Origin: an uncultured Planctomycetota bacterium
GTDB taxonomy: Bacteria > Planctomycetota > Phycisphaerae > Tepidisphaerales > Tepidisphaeraceae
NCBI GenBank assembly: GCA_963841915.1
Contig: CAWJEN010000006.1
Span: 160,001-224,000 of the forward strand
DNA length: 64,000 nt
Reading direction: 5' to 3'
The notes below the pieces were generated by a model that searched no databases, had not been told where the DNA came from, and saw only the letters and a program-made list of their open reading frames with translations. Of this stretch, positions 42,859-55,372 are shown one piece after another. The position numbers and the translations under genes were made by a program. Within the stretch, counting starts at the first letter, position 1; each line of letters opens with the position of its first letter.

Positions 42859-43380
42859 TTATTTGCCCTTCTTCGCAGCCAGCGCACGGAAGAGCACCCC
42901 TTGCGTCGGGTCGGCGCCGTCATGCTCCATCACCTGGCGGATCTGGCCCATCAGCTCGTCAACTGTTGCAAAGCGGTGGTAGACGCTGGCAAAGCGGACG
43001 TAAGCGACCTCGTCAAGTTCCCGTAGACGGCTCATGACCTTGTCGCCGATCCAGCCGCTGGGCACTTCGCGGTCGAAGACGCGTTGGGCCTCGTCTTCGA
43101 CGTCCTCTGCGATCTTCTCGAGTGCCGCTTCGGGAATGGCCCGTTTGTAGCAGGCACGTTCGAGGCCGACGACGATCTTTTGCCGGTCCCAAGGGCTTCG
43201 GCGACCGTCCTGTTTTACCACCGTCAGCTTTACCGCGAGTTCAATTCGCTCATACGTCGTAAATCGCTTCTCGCATCGCAGGCACTCGCGGCGTCGGCGA
43301 ATTGCTTCGCCACCCTCGGCGCTGCGGGAGTCGATGACCTTGAGTTGGTCTTTGTGGGCACCACAGAACGGACAGATCAT
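42859..43380 (-). CDS. nrdR: Transcriptional repressor NrdR
   Basis: CPFC, VIDSR, IRRRREC..C..RFTTYE, VAYVRFASVY. Confidence 0.97.
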   Translation of the reverse strand: MICPFCGAHKDQLKVIDSRSAEGGEAIRRRRECLRCEKRFTTYERIELAVKLTVVKQDGRRSPWDRQKIVVGLERACYKRAIPEAALEKIAEDVEDEAQRVFDREVPSGWIGDKVMSRLRELDEVAYVRFASVYHRFATVDELMGQIRQVMEHDGADPTQGVLFRALAAKKGK

Positions 43381-43444
43381 CGACGGTCAGCTTACGCGAC
43401 GGAGCGGGTGTCGGGAGCTTGCCGCAACGGCCGATAATGAGAAG

Positions 43445-44605
43445 GTGAACGCACTGGCCCGACTGTTTCGCCGCCGACCCGGGCGCTCTCGCGTCGCCAT
43501 CGCCAGCGATCCGCTGCGTGACCTGCCCGCGTTGCTCGGCCGGCCGACGGTCAACCTCGACACGCCCGAGATCCAACGCTTCATCGCCGGCCGTCGCGTG
43601 CTCGTCACCGGCGCCGGTGGTTCGATCGGCAGCGAATTGTGCCGTCAGATCGTCCGCTTTTGCCCCAAGCGGCTCACGCTTGTGGACCGCAGCGAGTTCG
43701 GCCTGTTCGAAACGCACCGCGAGCTACAAAGCCGTTGGATCGGCAGTGACCTGCGGGCCTGCGTGGCTGACGTACGCGACCGCAGGCGTTTGCGTGACGT
43801 GCTCGCCGATGAGCGGCCGCACGTGCTGTTCCATGCCGCGGCCCATAAGCACGTCGGGCTCATGGAAGACAACCCGGGCGAAGCGGTGAAGGTTAATGTG
43901 CTCGGCACTGCCGCTTTGGCCGATGCCGCCATTGATGCCAAGGTTGGCAAGTTCGTCTTCATTTCCACCGACAAGGCCGTTAATCCGGCCGGTGTCATGG
44001 GAGCGACGAAGCGGGCGGCAGAACTCGTGATCCGCCGCCGACAGGACGAGGCACGGCACACACGCTTCTGCTGCGTCCGCTTCGGCAACGTCCTCGGCTC
44101 GTCGGGCAGCGTCGTGCCGATCTTCGCCAAGCAGATCGCAGAGGGCGGGCCGGTCACGGTGACGCACCCGGCCATGAAGCGATTCCTCATGACGATTCCA
44201 GAGGCCGCGGGCTTGGTCATGCAGGCCGGCGCGACGGCTGAAGGTGGTGAGGTATTTGTCCTGGAGATGGGCGAGCCGGTGGCCATCGTCGAGCTTGCCC
44301 ACGCGATGATTCGTCGCGCCGGGTACGAGCCGGGGCGTGACATCTCGATCCGCTACACCGGCGCTCGGCCTGGCGAAAAGCTCGAAGAAGAGCTCGACGA
44401 CGGCGGCGGCGGGACCATCGGCACCGCGCACGAGAAGATCCGCATCTGGAACCTGCCGGACGTGGTTCACGTGGATCCTGCCATTGCGTTGGCCCGTTGC
44501 ATCGACGCGCCGGGCGATGTCGTCCGCCGCGCCTTGTCGGCCGTGGTCGCCGAGTACGAGCCCTTCGGCCGGTTACAGCAGACGCCCCTGCGACTGGCGG
44601 CATGA
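43445..44605 (+). CDS. CapD/PglF-like nucleoside-diphosphate sugar dehydratase (no TM domain)
   Basis: TGAGGSIGSEL, HAAAHKHV, STDKAVNP..VMGATK, RFGNVLGSSGSV, RPGEKLEEEL. Confidence 0.9.
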   Translation: MNALARLFRRRPGRSRVAIASDPLRDLPALLGRPTVNLDTPEIQRFIAGRRVLVTGAGGSIGSELCRQIVRFCPKRLTLVDRSEFGLFETHRELQSRWIGSDLRACVADVRDRRRLRDVLADERPHVLFHAAAHKHVGLMEDNPGEAVKVNVLGTAALADAAIDAKVGKFVFISTDKAVNPAGVMGATKRAAELVIRRRQDEARHTRFCCVRFGNVLGSSGSVVPIFAKQIAEGGPVTVTHPAMKRFLMTIPEAAGLVMQAGATAEGGEVFVLEMGEPVAIVELAHAMIRRAGYEPGRDISIRYTGARPGEKLEEELDDGGGGTIGTAHEKIRIWNLPDVVHVDPAIALARCIDAPGDVVRRALSAVVAEYEPFGRLQQTPLRLAA

Positions 44606-44736
44606 TGCCTTTTTCATCGTCGTCACGACAGTCATTACAGGAACCAGTGGCCAACGGCCGATATTGCACGTGTCAACGGGGGTGACACTGCACACGTTTT
44701 CGGACGCTCATCCACACGCTGTAACAGACGCCCACT

Positions 44737-46035
44737 ATGCGGACACTTGCGATCATCAACCAAAAGGGCGGCTGCGGTAAGACCACCGTCGCCATCAATC
44801 TCGCCGCATGTCTCGCCAAGTTGGGCCACAAGACACTGCTCGTCGACATGGACCCCCAGGGGCACTGTGCAACGGGCCTTGCTGTTCCCGATGACCAGAT
44901 CGAGCGGACCGTGCTCGACGCCCTGCTCGAAACCGGCGACCTCGGCTCAACCGGCCCTGTCTCAATCAAGGACATGGTCTGGCAGATCGCAAGCGGCTTC
45001 GACCTGGCTCCGAGCGACCTGAAGCTCGCTGGCTTCGAGCAGCTCTTCGCCGGTAGATCGGGTCGCGAGAAGCGCCTCGAGTCAGCCTTGGCCGAAGTGG
45101 CAGACGGTTACGAGTGGTGCATCCTCGACTGCCCACCCGGTGTCGGCCTGCTGACCTTCAACGCGCTTGTCGCCTGCGACGAAGCGATTGTGCCGGTCGA
45201 GACAGGTTACTTCAGCCTGCACGGTCTGGCCCGCATGGTCGAGACGCTTGAAGAGCTCAAAGAACAAGCAGGCAAGACGACGAACATTCGCGTCCTGCCG
45301 ACGCTGTACGACACGCGGACCAAGCTCGCTCGCGAAGTACTGGCCGAGCTGCGTGGCCGGTTCAGCGACGTGCTCATGCGGTCGTGCGTGAACTTCAACT
45401 CAAAGCTCAAAGAGGCCGCCAGCTTCGGGCAGCCGATCACCGAGTACGACCCCGGCAGCCGTGGGTACAAAGATTTTGTCGATCTGGCCCGCGAGTTGAT
45501 GGGTCAACCGGAAGTGGCCGTTGTCCCCGGTGCCACGGACGGCCCACTGAGCCGTCCGGCCGAGCTGGTACACCGCGCCCGGCAGCTCGCTCAATTTTCG
45601 GCCAAGAGCTTCGGCCGCGAGGCCAAGCGGGTGCCGGCCGTCGAGGCCGAAGCCACGCCGCCCGCATCCACGCCGGGCTTCACGTTCGGCACCCGTCAGA
45701 ACGGTCAGTACGTCGACTGCATTGTCAGCTTCCCGGGTGCTCGAAGCGTGCAGGTCGCTGGCGACTTCAACGACTGGAACCCGTCGACCGGTCGCCTGAC
45801 GAAGCTCGACGCCGACGGTGACGCCTGGCATTGCCGCCTGCCGGCCAAGGGTGGCCGACACCGTTACCGCTACGTCGTCGACGGCGAATGGCTTAATGAC
45901 CCGCACGGCGGTGAGATCGAGCGCAACGAGTTCGGCGAGTACAACAACATTCTCATCGTCAAGCACGCCCAGCCGCAGCCGAGTCAGGCACGGCCGGCCA
46001 CCTCGCAACCCGCCCGCCAAGCCGTCGCGGCCTGA
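44737..46035 (+). CDS. ParA/Soj family ATPase fused to C-terminal CBM48 (AMPK glycogen-binding-like) domain
   Basis: KGGCGKTT, DMDPQG, DCPP; C-terminal VQVAGDFNDW...YRYVVDGEW..DP...NEFGEYNN. Confidence 0.9.
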   Translation: MRTLAIINQKGGCGKTTVAINLAACLAKLGHKTLLVDMDPQGHCATGLAVPDDQIERTVLDALLETGDLGSTGPVSIKDMVWQIASGFDLAPSDLKLAGFEQLFAGRSGREKRLESALAEVADGYEWCILDCPPGVGLLTFNALVACDEAIVPVETGYFSLHGLARMVETLEELKEQAGKTTNIRVLPTLYDTRTKLAREVLAELRGRFSDVLMRSCVNFNSKLKEAASFGQPITEYDPGSRGYKDFVDLARELMGQPEVAVVPGATDGPLSRPAELVHRARQLAQFSAKSFGREAKRVPAVEAEATPPASTPGFTFGTRQNGQYVDCIVSFPGARSVQVAGDFNDWNPSTGRLTKLDADGDAWHCRLPAKGGRHRYRYVVDGEWLNDPHGGEIERNEFGEYNNILIVKHAQPQPSQARPATSQPARQAVAA

Positions 46036-46062
46036 ACACTTCCCGTTCCCAAGGAGACACGG

Positions 46063-47559
46063 ATGTCACACGACACGAACGGCACCCCGCACCGCGATCA
46101 CCGCCTCGACGGCCAAGCCCGCCTTAACGGTGACAGCGGCAGACCGCTCAGCGCGATCAGCCACCTGTTCCTCAGCGACCACCGCGGTCGCGAGAACAAA
46201 CCATCGCCCGTCCGCCATCCACCGGCACAGCAGCCGATGGTCGAGGTGGTCGAGCAGCTTCCGCTGGCTGTCATCGGCACGGGACTCGACGCCGACTTCG
46301 ACCGCCGCGCCGCGGCCGTCGCTGCGTCGCTTATGGACGATGACGTCGCCCGCGTCGGCTTGGCCATCGTCGACGCCGACGGCCTGCGACTGCTCTCCAT
46401 CGAGACCGACGCAGCAGAGACATTTGACGCTTACGAGACCGATGACCCACGCCAAGCCGCCGCCCATGTGGCCGAGCTGGCAGGCGACGTCGATGCCTGG
46501 GTGATCGCCCTGCCCGACGCGCGATTGCCGCGTGCCGCACGGTTCCTGGCGTTGGCCGACCGGTGGACGCTTGTCACCAGCGCTGACCACGAAGGCGTCG
46601 TTGCCGGTTACCGCACGCTCAAAGGGTTGTGCGACCGGGCTGGCCTGACGGATCACGAGCCGACGGTGACGCTTGCGCTACCCGACGCAGACCACTCTGC
46701 CGATGCCGAGCGCGCCGCCCGCAAGCTCGTCGGCGTGTGCCGCCAATTCCTCGATGTCGGCGTCGACGGCATGGCCGAGACGACTTCGACACCAATCGCC
46801 TGGTCGTCGCACGTCGTGCTGCACGCCCTCTGGCGCAGCGGCATTGACGCTTCACCGGCGTGGGACGCGCTGGCCCGCCACCTTGCAGGCGACGTTGCAG
46901 AGACCACCGAACCGACCTTCACAGAACAGCCGATGCGTATCGCCCCGCCCGCCAACACTCGTCAGCCTGTTTCGCCTGCCACGCCGGCTGGTGGAGACTT
47001 CGGCGACATTCCATTCGTCGACGATTCGTCGATCCCGGCGATGGCCCGCCCGATGCCGACGCAGCCACCGGTGGCCGCTTCGCCGACACCTGAAGCCTCG
47101 GCGCCCGCGCCTGCGGCTGTGTTTGCTCAGAACGCGTCGTCGTGCGACGAGGTGATCGACCTGCCGATGGGTGCGTGCGTTGCCGACATCTTGATCAGTC
47201 GCGAGCCAGGCCTAGCCGCCACCGCCGTGAAGCCGCCGATGTTGCCGAGCGGTCGGGTGGCGGTGGATCGCGACGGACGACTCGTACTTGTTGCCGCCGC
47301 AGCGCCGGGCCTGGCCGATCTGGCCAGGATTGGCGAGGCCGTGGCGTGGATCGCCCAGAACCGCCAGCTGCTGTCGATGGCGTTGGGCCAGTTCCGTCTC
47401 GACGACGCATTTGCCGTGCAGACGCGTCTGCTTGTTTCCCATGCCGACGCCGGGGCCGACGCGTTACGTCCGCTGCTCGGTAGCGATGAGGTCAAGGTCC
47501 ACGCCTACCGCCGCCTGACCTGGGGTGGCCGCACCGGCCTGCTCCTCGACGCGGCTTAA
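46063..47559 (+). CDS. Hypothetical protein with degenerate MinD/FlhG-like core
   Basis: AGGAG RBS; ADRWTLVTSADHEGVVAGYRTLKGL and AARKLVGVCRQFL resemble FlhG segments; no Walker A. Confidence 0.7.
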   Translation: MSHDTNGTPHRDHRLDGQARLNGDSGRPLSAISHLFLSDHRGRENKPSPVRHPPAQQPMVEVVEQLPLAVIGTGLDADFDRRAAAVAASLMDDDVARVGLAIVDADGLRLLSIETDAAETFDAYETDDPRQAAAHVAELAGDVDAWVIALPDARLPRAARFLALADRWTLVTSADHEGVVAGYRTLKGLCDRAGLTDHEPTVTLALPDADHSADAERAARKLVGVCRQFLDVGVDGMAETTSTPIAWSSHVVLHALWRSGIDASPAWDALARHLAGDVAETTEPTFTEQPMRIAPPANTRQPVSPATPAGGDFGDIPFVDDSSIPAMARPMPTQPPVAASPTPEASAPAPAAVFAQNASSCDEVIDLPMGACVADILISREPGLAATAVKPPMLPSGRVAVDRDGRLVLVAAAAPGLADLARIGEAVAWIAQNRQLLSMALGQFRLDDAFAVQTRLLVSHADAGADALRPLLGSDEVKVHAYRRLTWGGRTGLLLDAA

Positions 47560-47595
47560 GTCAGTCGCTTGGCTGGTCGGCGTAGACTGTTCGTG

Positions 47596-48480
47596 ATGAC
47601 CGGTCGCGGCTACAAGTTGTTCACGCTGCTGGGTATTCCTGTTCACGTCGACTGGACGTTCTTCGTCATCGTCCCGGTCTTCGCCTACCTCATCAGCGGC
47701 AATCTGATGATGTACGCCACCTGGGTCGGCCTCGGCAAAGAGGCGGCAGAGCTCGTTCAGCTCGGTGCCAATGACGCAGGCGACGTTGTCGTCAACCGAC
47801 CGTGGATCGGCTACGTCTTCGGCGGGCTCATGACGGTCGGCCTCTACGCCAGCGTCCTCGTCCACGAGTTCGGCCACTCGCTGACCGGTCGCATCTTCGG
47901 CGTGCAGACGAAGAAGATCACGCTCTGGTTCCTCGGCGGCGTCGCGGGCTTCGAGCGGATGCCCCGGCAACCCGGGGCCGAAGCCGTCGTCGCCATCGTC
48001 GGGCCGCTGACGAGTTACGCCATCGCCGGACTGTTGGCGGTTGCGTTTGTGCTGGTGCCGGACGATTTTCTGCTGACGCGCCTGACGATCGGGGCGCTCT
48101 CGATCCTGAACATCATCCTGGCGACCTTCAATCTGCTGCCGGCCATGCCTTTGGACGGCGGGAGGGTGGTGCGGTCGGTGTTGGCGTTGTTCCTGTCTTA
48201 CCTGACGGCCACGCGTATCGCTGCCGTGCTGTCGAAAGCACTGGCCATCTTGCTTGTCGTATGGGCAGTCTGGGGCGGTGGTGGTGTGATGATGTTCATG
48301 GTGGCCCTCTTCGTCTGGACTGCCGCAGGTGCCGAGCTCCGGGCGGCCGTGCTGCAGTCGATGTTGGACAAGCAGTTGCAGGGCGGCAGTCCGATGCGGC
48401 CTGTGATGTCTGGGGTGGTCGAACCGGCCGGCTTCGTGTTTGAGCCGTACCAAGCTCCGGCCCCGCCACCGCATCGTTGA
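47596..48480 (+). CDS. Site-2 protease (M50 family)
   Basis: HEFGH, VGP, FNLLPAMPLDGGR. Confidence 0.93.
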   Translation: MTGRGYKLFTLLGIPVHVDWTFFVIVPVFAYLISGNLMMYATWVGLGKEAAELVQLGANDAGDVVVNRPWIGYVFGGLMTVGLYASVLVHEFGHSLTGRIFGVQTKKITLWFLGGVAGFERMPRQPGAEAVVAIVGPLTSYAIAGLLAVAFVLVPDDFLLTRLTIGALSILNIILATFNLLPAMPLDGGRVVRSVLALFLSYLTATRIAAVLSKALAILLVVWAVWGGGGVMMFMVALFVWTAAGAELRAAVLQSMLDKQLQGGSPMRPVMSGVVEPAGFVFEPYQAPAPPPHR

Positions 48481-48554
48481 ACCTGTTGCCGCTTCGTGGC
48501 GAACATTGGGGCAGCAACTCCACACAATCGTCCGACTCTTTCAATCCTGAATAC

Positions 48555-50138
48555 ATGACATTCAGCCCTGCCTCCCGTTTCGCCGTCGCTTCTGCCGCCC
48601 TTCTCGCCAGCGTGAATGTGGCACAAGCCTGCACCGTTTGCGGCTGGGGCGATTCGGTTCACCCTTCTGACGGCGGTGCCGAGGTCGCCGCCGCCCGAAT
48701 CGCTCAGTACAACGCGAATCTGGCTCCCGGACAGGCGGCTTTGGTCGAAGGTGTCACATTCGGTCAAGCGAACGCGCAGATCGGTCGTCTTGACCCCAGT
48801 GGCGGCACACAACGTGTGTTCCTCGACTTCAGCCAAGCAGTCGGCGGTGTCTACAACGCGAGCGAGCGCCAGCAGATCGTCGACGGCCTGTCCGACCTCT
48901 ACCGCGGCTTCGACATCGAGTTCACGCAGTCGCTGCCCAGCGGCGACTTTACCCGCCTGACCTATGACGGTGACGGCCTTGGCGGAGTGGCCATCACCGG
49001 CATCGACTTCCGCAACACCGCCTCCAACGACCTGGCCTTCGTCGGCACCGACGGCCTGCAGTTCGAGTCGTCGACGCGGCAGGTCAACTACTCCGTCAAC
49101 GTCGGTGCCCACGAAATCGGCCACACCCTGGGCCTGCGGCACTACGACAGCTTCGGCCCCATCGGCAGCGGTGTGGCCGACGCCTCGAGCGGGTTCAGCG
49201 GACCGCTTGCCCAGAGGTTCCTGCCCGACTTCAGCGGCCCCCGCGACGGCAACGAGTTCTTCGAGAACACCATGTCGACGCCCGCCTTCGGCGGCAGCTT
49301 CGAAGGCTTCATCGGCGGCCGCAGCGCGCTCAGCGAGCGGTCGCTCATCAAGGTGCAGTACGCCCAGGAAGGTATTCTGCAAGCCGAAAGCGGCAGCTTC
49401 AACAACACGGTCGGTTCTGCCGAGACGCTTACGCTCGACTACCTGGACGTCCTGAACACTCGCCCCGCCGGCAGCCAAGCTGCAATATCTGGTGATCCAT
49501 ATCTGCCGGCCCGGGCGGGCGCGATCTCCGGCACGATCAACAACGCCGATCCGATCGACGTCTTCGCGGTCGACGCTTTCGCCGGCGACTTCTTGAGCGT
49601 TGAACTCCTGAGCCTCGTCCTCGACGAGCGGATCTCCAACGGTGTCGACGCGGCCGTTACCGTCACCGACGCCAACGGCACTCCTCTCAACTACTACGGC
49701 CAGGACGCTTTCAACGAGGACGAGATCGAGACGTTCGACGCTTGGATTCTCGACCTGGAGATCCCGAGCGACGGCACGTACTTCATCAGTGTTGACAGCA
49801 ACTTCAACAACAACAGCGGCGACTACGAATTGTTCGTCACCAGCTACGGCACCGGACGCCTTCCCGGCGACGCCAACGGCGACGGAACGGTCAGCATTCT
49901 CGACTTCGCCATCCTGCGGGCGAACTTTGGTGGCGAGGCCCGCTTCTCAGGCGGTGACTTTAACGGTGACCTGATGGTCACCATTCTCGACTTCGCCGTC
50001 CTGCGGGCCAACTTCGGCGGCTCGACCGCGGATGCCGCAACGATCGACGCATGGTACGCCACCGTCGTACCGGAACCGACGACGCTCGGTCTTGCGGGAT
50101 TGGCCGGCCTCGGACTGCTGCGTCGCCGCCGCGTCTGA
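48555..50138 (+). CDS. Secreted zincin metalloprotease-like protein with PPC, dockerin-like and PEP-CTERM domains
   Basis: Signal peptide; HEIGHTLGLRH; GDANGDGTV / GDFNGD; VPEPTT...LRRRRV. Confidence 0.85.
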   Translation: MTFSPASRFAVASAALLASVNVAQACTVCGWGDSVHPSDGGAEVAAARIAQYNANLAPGQAALVEGVTFGQANAQIGRLDPSGGTQRVFLDFSQAVGGVYNASERQQIVDGLSDLYRGFDIEFTQSLPSGDFTRLTYDGDGLGGVAITGIDFRNTASNDLAFVGTDGLQFESSTRQVNYSVNVGAHEIGHTLGLRHYDSFGPIGSGVADASSGFSGPLAQRFLPDFSGPRDGNEFFENTMSTPAFGGSFEGFIGGRSALSERSLIKVQYAQEGILQAESGSFNNTVGSAETLTLDYLDVLNTRPAGSQAAISGDPYLPARAGAISGTINNADPIDVFAVDAFAGDFLSVELLSLVLDERISNGVDAAVTVTDANGTPLNYYGQDAFNEDEIETFDAWILDLEIPSDGTYFISVDSNFNNNSGDYELFVTSYGTGRLPGDANGDGTVSILDFAILRANFGGEARFSGGDFNGDLMVTILDFAVLRANFGGSTADAATIDAWYATVVPEPTTLGLAGLAGLGLLRRRRV

Positions 50139-50174
50139 ATGTGTCAGTATCTGCCGACCGGAGGATCGGCGCCC

Positions 50175-50204
50175 GGCCCACCCGCTCTGCGGGTGGGCCT
50201 TGTC
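50175..50204 (+). terminator. Terminator-like hairpin
   Basis: GGCCCACCCGC-TCT-GCGGGTGGGCC-TTGT. Confidence 0.6.
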
Positions 50205-50340
50205 GTTGAAGCGGCAGCCATCTGCCAAATCGGCAATCACCATGCGATCGACTGCCGGGCATGGCAGCCCGATCGGCAGGCGTCTTTCCGGCGCCCGATA
50301 TAAACCTTTGGTCTTCAACGCATTCGATCGAAGCGTTGGC

Positions 50341-50356
50341 TTGGCACGCTCGTTGT
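50341..50356 (+). promoter_or_regulatory. Candidate sigma54 (-24/-12) promoter of the chaperone operon
   Basis: TTGGCACG-CTCG-TTGT (consensus TGGCACG-N4-TTGC, one mismatch at -12). Confidence 0.5.
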
Positions 50357-50413
50357 TCTGAGGCAAGGCAACCCGCCGCGGTCTTTGCACCGGGGCGAAT
50401 CAACGCAAGCTAG

Positions 50414-52078
<1,665 letters not shown>

Positions 52079-52369
52079 TTGAGCGGGTAGAACCCTGAGC
52101 CTTCGATGAGGGAAGCCGCAGCGGGAAGTCCTTCAAGTCCAGTTCCGGATGAAGCATGCCGGCTGTCGCGACCTTCTACAAAAGCGGACCGTGATGCTCT
52201 CCTGAGCCGGACAGCAACTGTGCCGATCGCGTCTTGGCCCCGACTAATCTGCACTCGACATCGGCATGAGGCCTCACCACGCTTCGCTCAAAGATGCAAC
52301 TGACGCACGCCGTCGTCACAACAACGTTGCCGCAGCACGCGGCTGATACACACTGTTCACTACTACAGC

Positions 52370-53125
52370 ATGAAGCTCCAGAAACTCGCCAAGCCGTTCG
52401 CCCTTGTTGCCGCCTGTGCGGTTGCCATCGGGTGTGCCACCACCGCCTCCGCTGACCACCACGAAAAGGGTGAAGTCAAGTCCGGCAGCGACGCGTTGAC
52501 CCGTCTCATGGAGGGCAACGGCCGCTTCGTCGCGGGTGAAGCCACCGCAGTCATGAGCATTGACGAGCGGGCTGAGCTGGCCAACGGCCAGTCGCCCTAC
52601 GCGATCATCGTCTCGTGCGCCGACAGCCGGGTTGCTCCGGAGCTTGCCTTCGACGCCAACCCTGGCGATCTGTTCGTCATCCGCGTCGCCGGCAACATTG
52701 TCGACGACTACGAGCTGGCCAGCATCGAGTACGCCGTTGCCGTCCTGAAGTCGCCGCTGCTGGTGGTCATGGGGCACGAGTCTTGCGGTGCCGTCGGCGC
52801 AGCCGTCAAGAGCGAGAAGGACGGCGAGAACTACCCGGGTCACATCCACGACCTCGTCGAGGCCATTCGCCCCGCCGTCCGTAAGGCCATGGATCACACG
52901 AAGGGTGACGATCTGCTCGATGTCGCCGTTCAGGAGAACGTCCGTTTGGTCGTCGATCAGATGGAGAACAGCCAGCCGATCATCGGTCCGGCCATCAAGG
53001 GTGGCAACCTCAAGGTTGTTCCGGCCCGCTACGACCTCAACACGGGCGAAGTCACCGTCGTCTCCATGGACGATGCCGACCACCACGAGGGTCACGACCA
53101 CGCCGACCACAAGCACGGCAACTGA
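52370..53125 (+). CDS. Beta-class carbonic anhydrase, secreted, His-rich tail
   Basis: Signal peptide; CADSRV, RVAGN, HESCGAV. Confidence 0.93.
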   Translation: MKLQKLAKPFALVAACAVAIGCATTASADHHEKGEVKSGSDALTRLMEGNGRFVAGEATAVMSIDERAELANGQSPYAIIVSCADSRVAPELAFDANPGDLFVIRVAGNIVDDYELASIEYAVAVLKSPLLVVMGHESCGAVGAAVKSEKDGENYPGHIHDLVEAIRPAVRKAMDHTKGDDLLDVAVQENVRLVVDQMENSQPIIGPAIKGGNLKVVPARYDLNTGEVTVVSMDDADHHEGHDHADHKHGN

Positions 53126-53249
53126 CAGCGCCATCAGGCAAAGCCACTTCAGTGGCCTTGTCCGGCCGAGCACCATCTCGCGCGTGACCAACCCGTCCGC
53201 GTGAGACTTCGACCCACAACCGGGTCCCACACCAACACCAACGACACCA

Positions 53250-53540
53250 ATGCCCAGCCTCAACCCCCTCAACGACCGCATCGTCGTCCGCCAACTTGAA
53301 GCCGAAGAAGTGACCAAGAGCGGCATCGTGCTTCCCGACGCAGCCAAGGAAAAGCCCACCCGCGGCACCGTCATCGCCACCGGCCCCGGCAAGTCCGACG
53401 ACAACGGCAAGCGGACTGCTGTCGGTGTCAAAGAAGGCGAAGTCGTCGTCTACGGCAAGTACAGCGGCACCGAGATCGAGCTCGACGGTGACAAGTTCGT
53501 CCTGCTCCGCGAGAGCGACCTGCTCGGCGTGCTCGAATAA
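53250..53540 (+). CDS. groS: Co-chaperonin GroES
   Basis: PLNDRIVV, TKSGIVLPDAAKEKP, KYSGTE. Confidence 0.98.
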   Translation: MPSLNPLNDRIVVRQLEAEEVTKSGIVLPDAAKEKPTRGTVIATGPGKSDDNGKRTAVGVKEGEVVVYGKYSGTEIELDGDKFVLLRESDLLGVLE

Positions 53541-53548
53541 GCACACCG

Positions 53549-53576
53549 TTTCCAATACACGCTTTCCAATACACGC
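53549..53576. repeat. 14-bp tandem duplication
   Basis: TTTCCAATACACGC x2 between groS and groL. Confidence 0.8.
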
Positions 53577-53640
53577 TGCCGTTTGCTAACGCGGGCGGCG
53601 ACGCTTCTGCGACCGACACTCCAACCACTGCAATAAAATC

Positions 53641-55266
<1,626 letters not shown>

Positions 55267-55284
55267 GTGATTAAATGCGACTCC

Positions 55285-55322
55285 GAGCGGCACGAGGCCG
55301 ACCGCCTCGTGCCGCTCTTTTG
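55285..55322 (+). terminator. Rho-independent terminator after groL
   Basis: GAGCGGCACGAGGC-CGACC-GCCTCGTGCCGCTC-TTTT. Confidence 0.8.
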
Positions 55323-55372
55323 CCGGCGACGTTTTGGCGAACCGCCGGGCCTGACCGAAGTAAGACTGCTCC

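Noticed and set aside
44709..44717. DnaA box TCATCCACA upstream of the ParA-CBM48 gene
   Set aside because: Single site with one mismatch; expected by chance in 64 kb.
50231..50257. CIRCE/HrcA operator before groL
   Set aside because: CGGCAATC-N11-GACTGCCG has the wrong spacing and a poor match to TTAGCACTC-N9-GAGTGCTAA.
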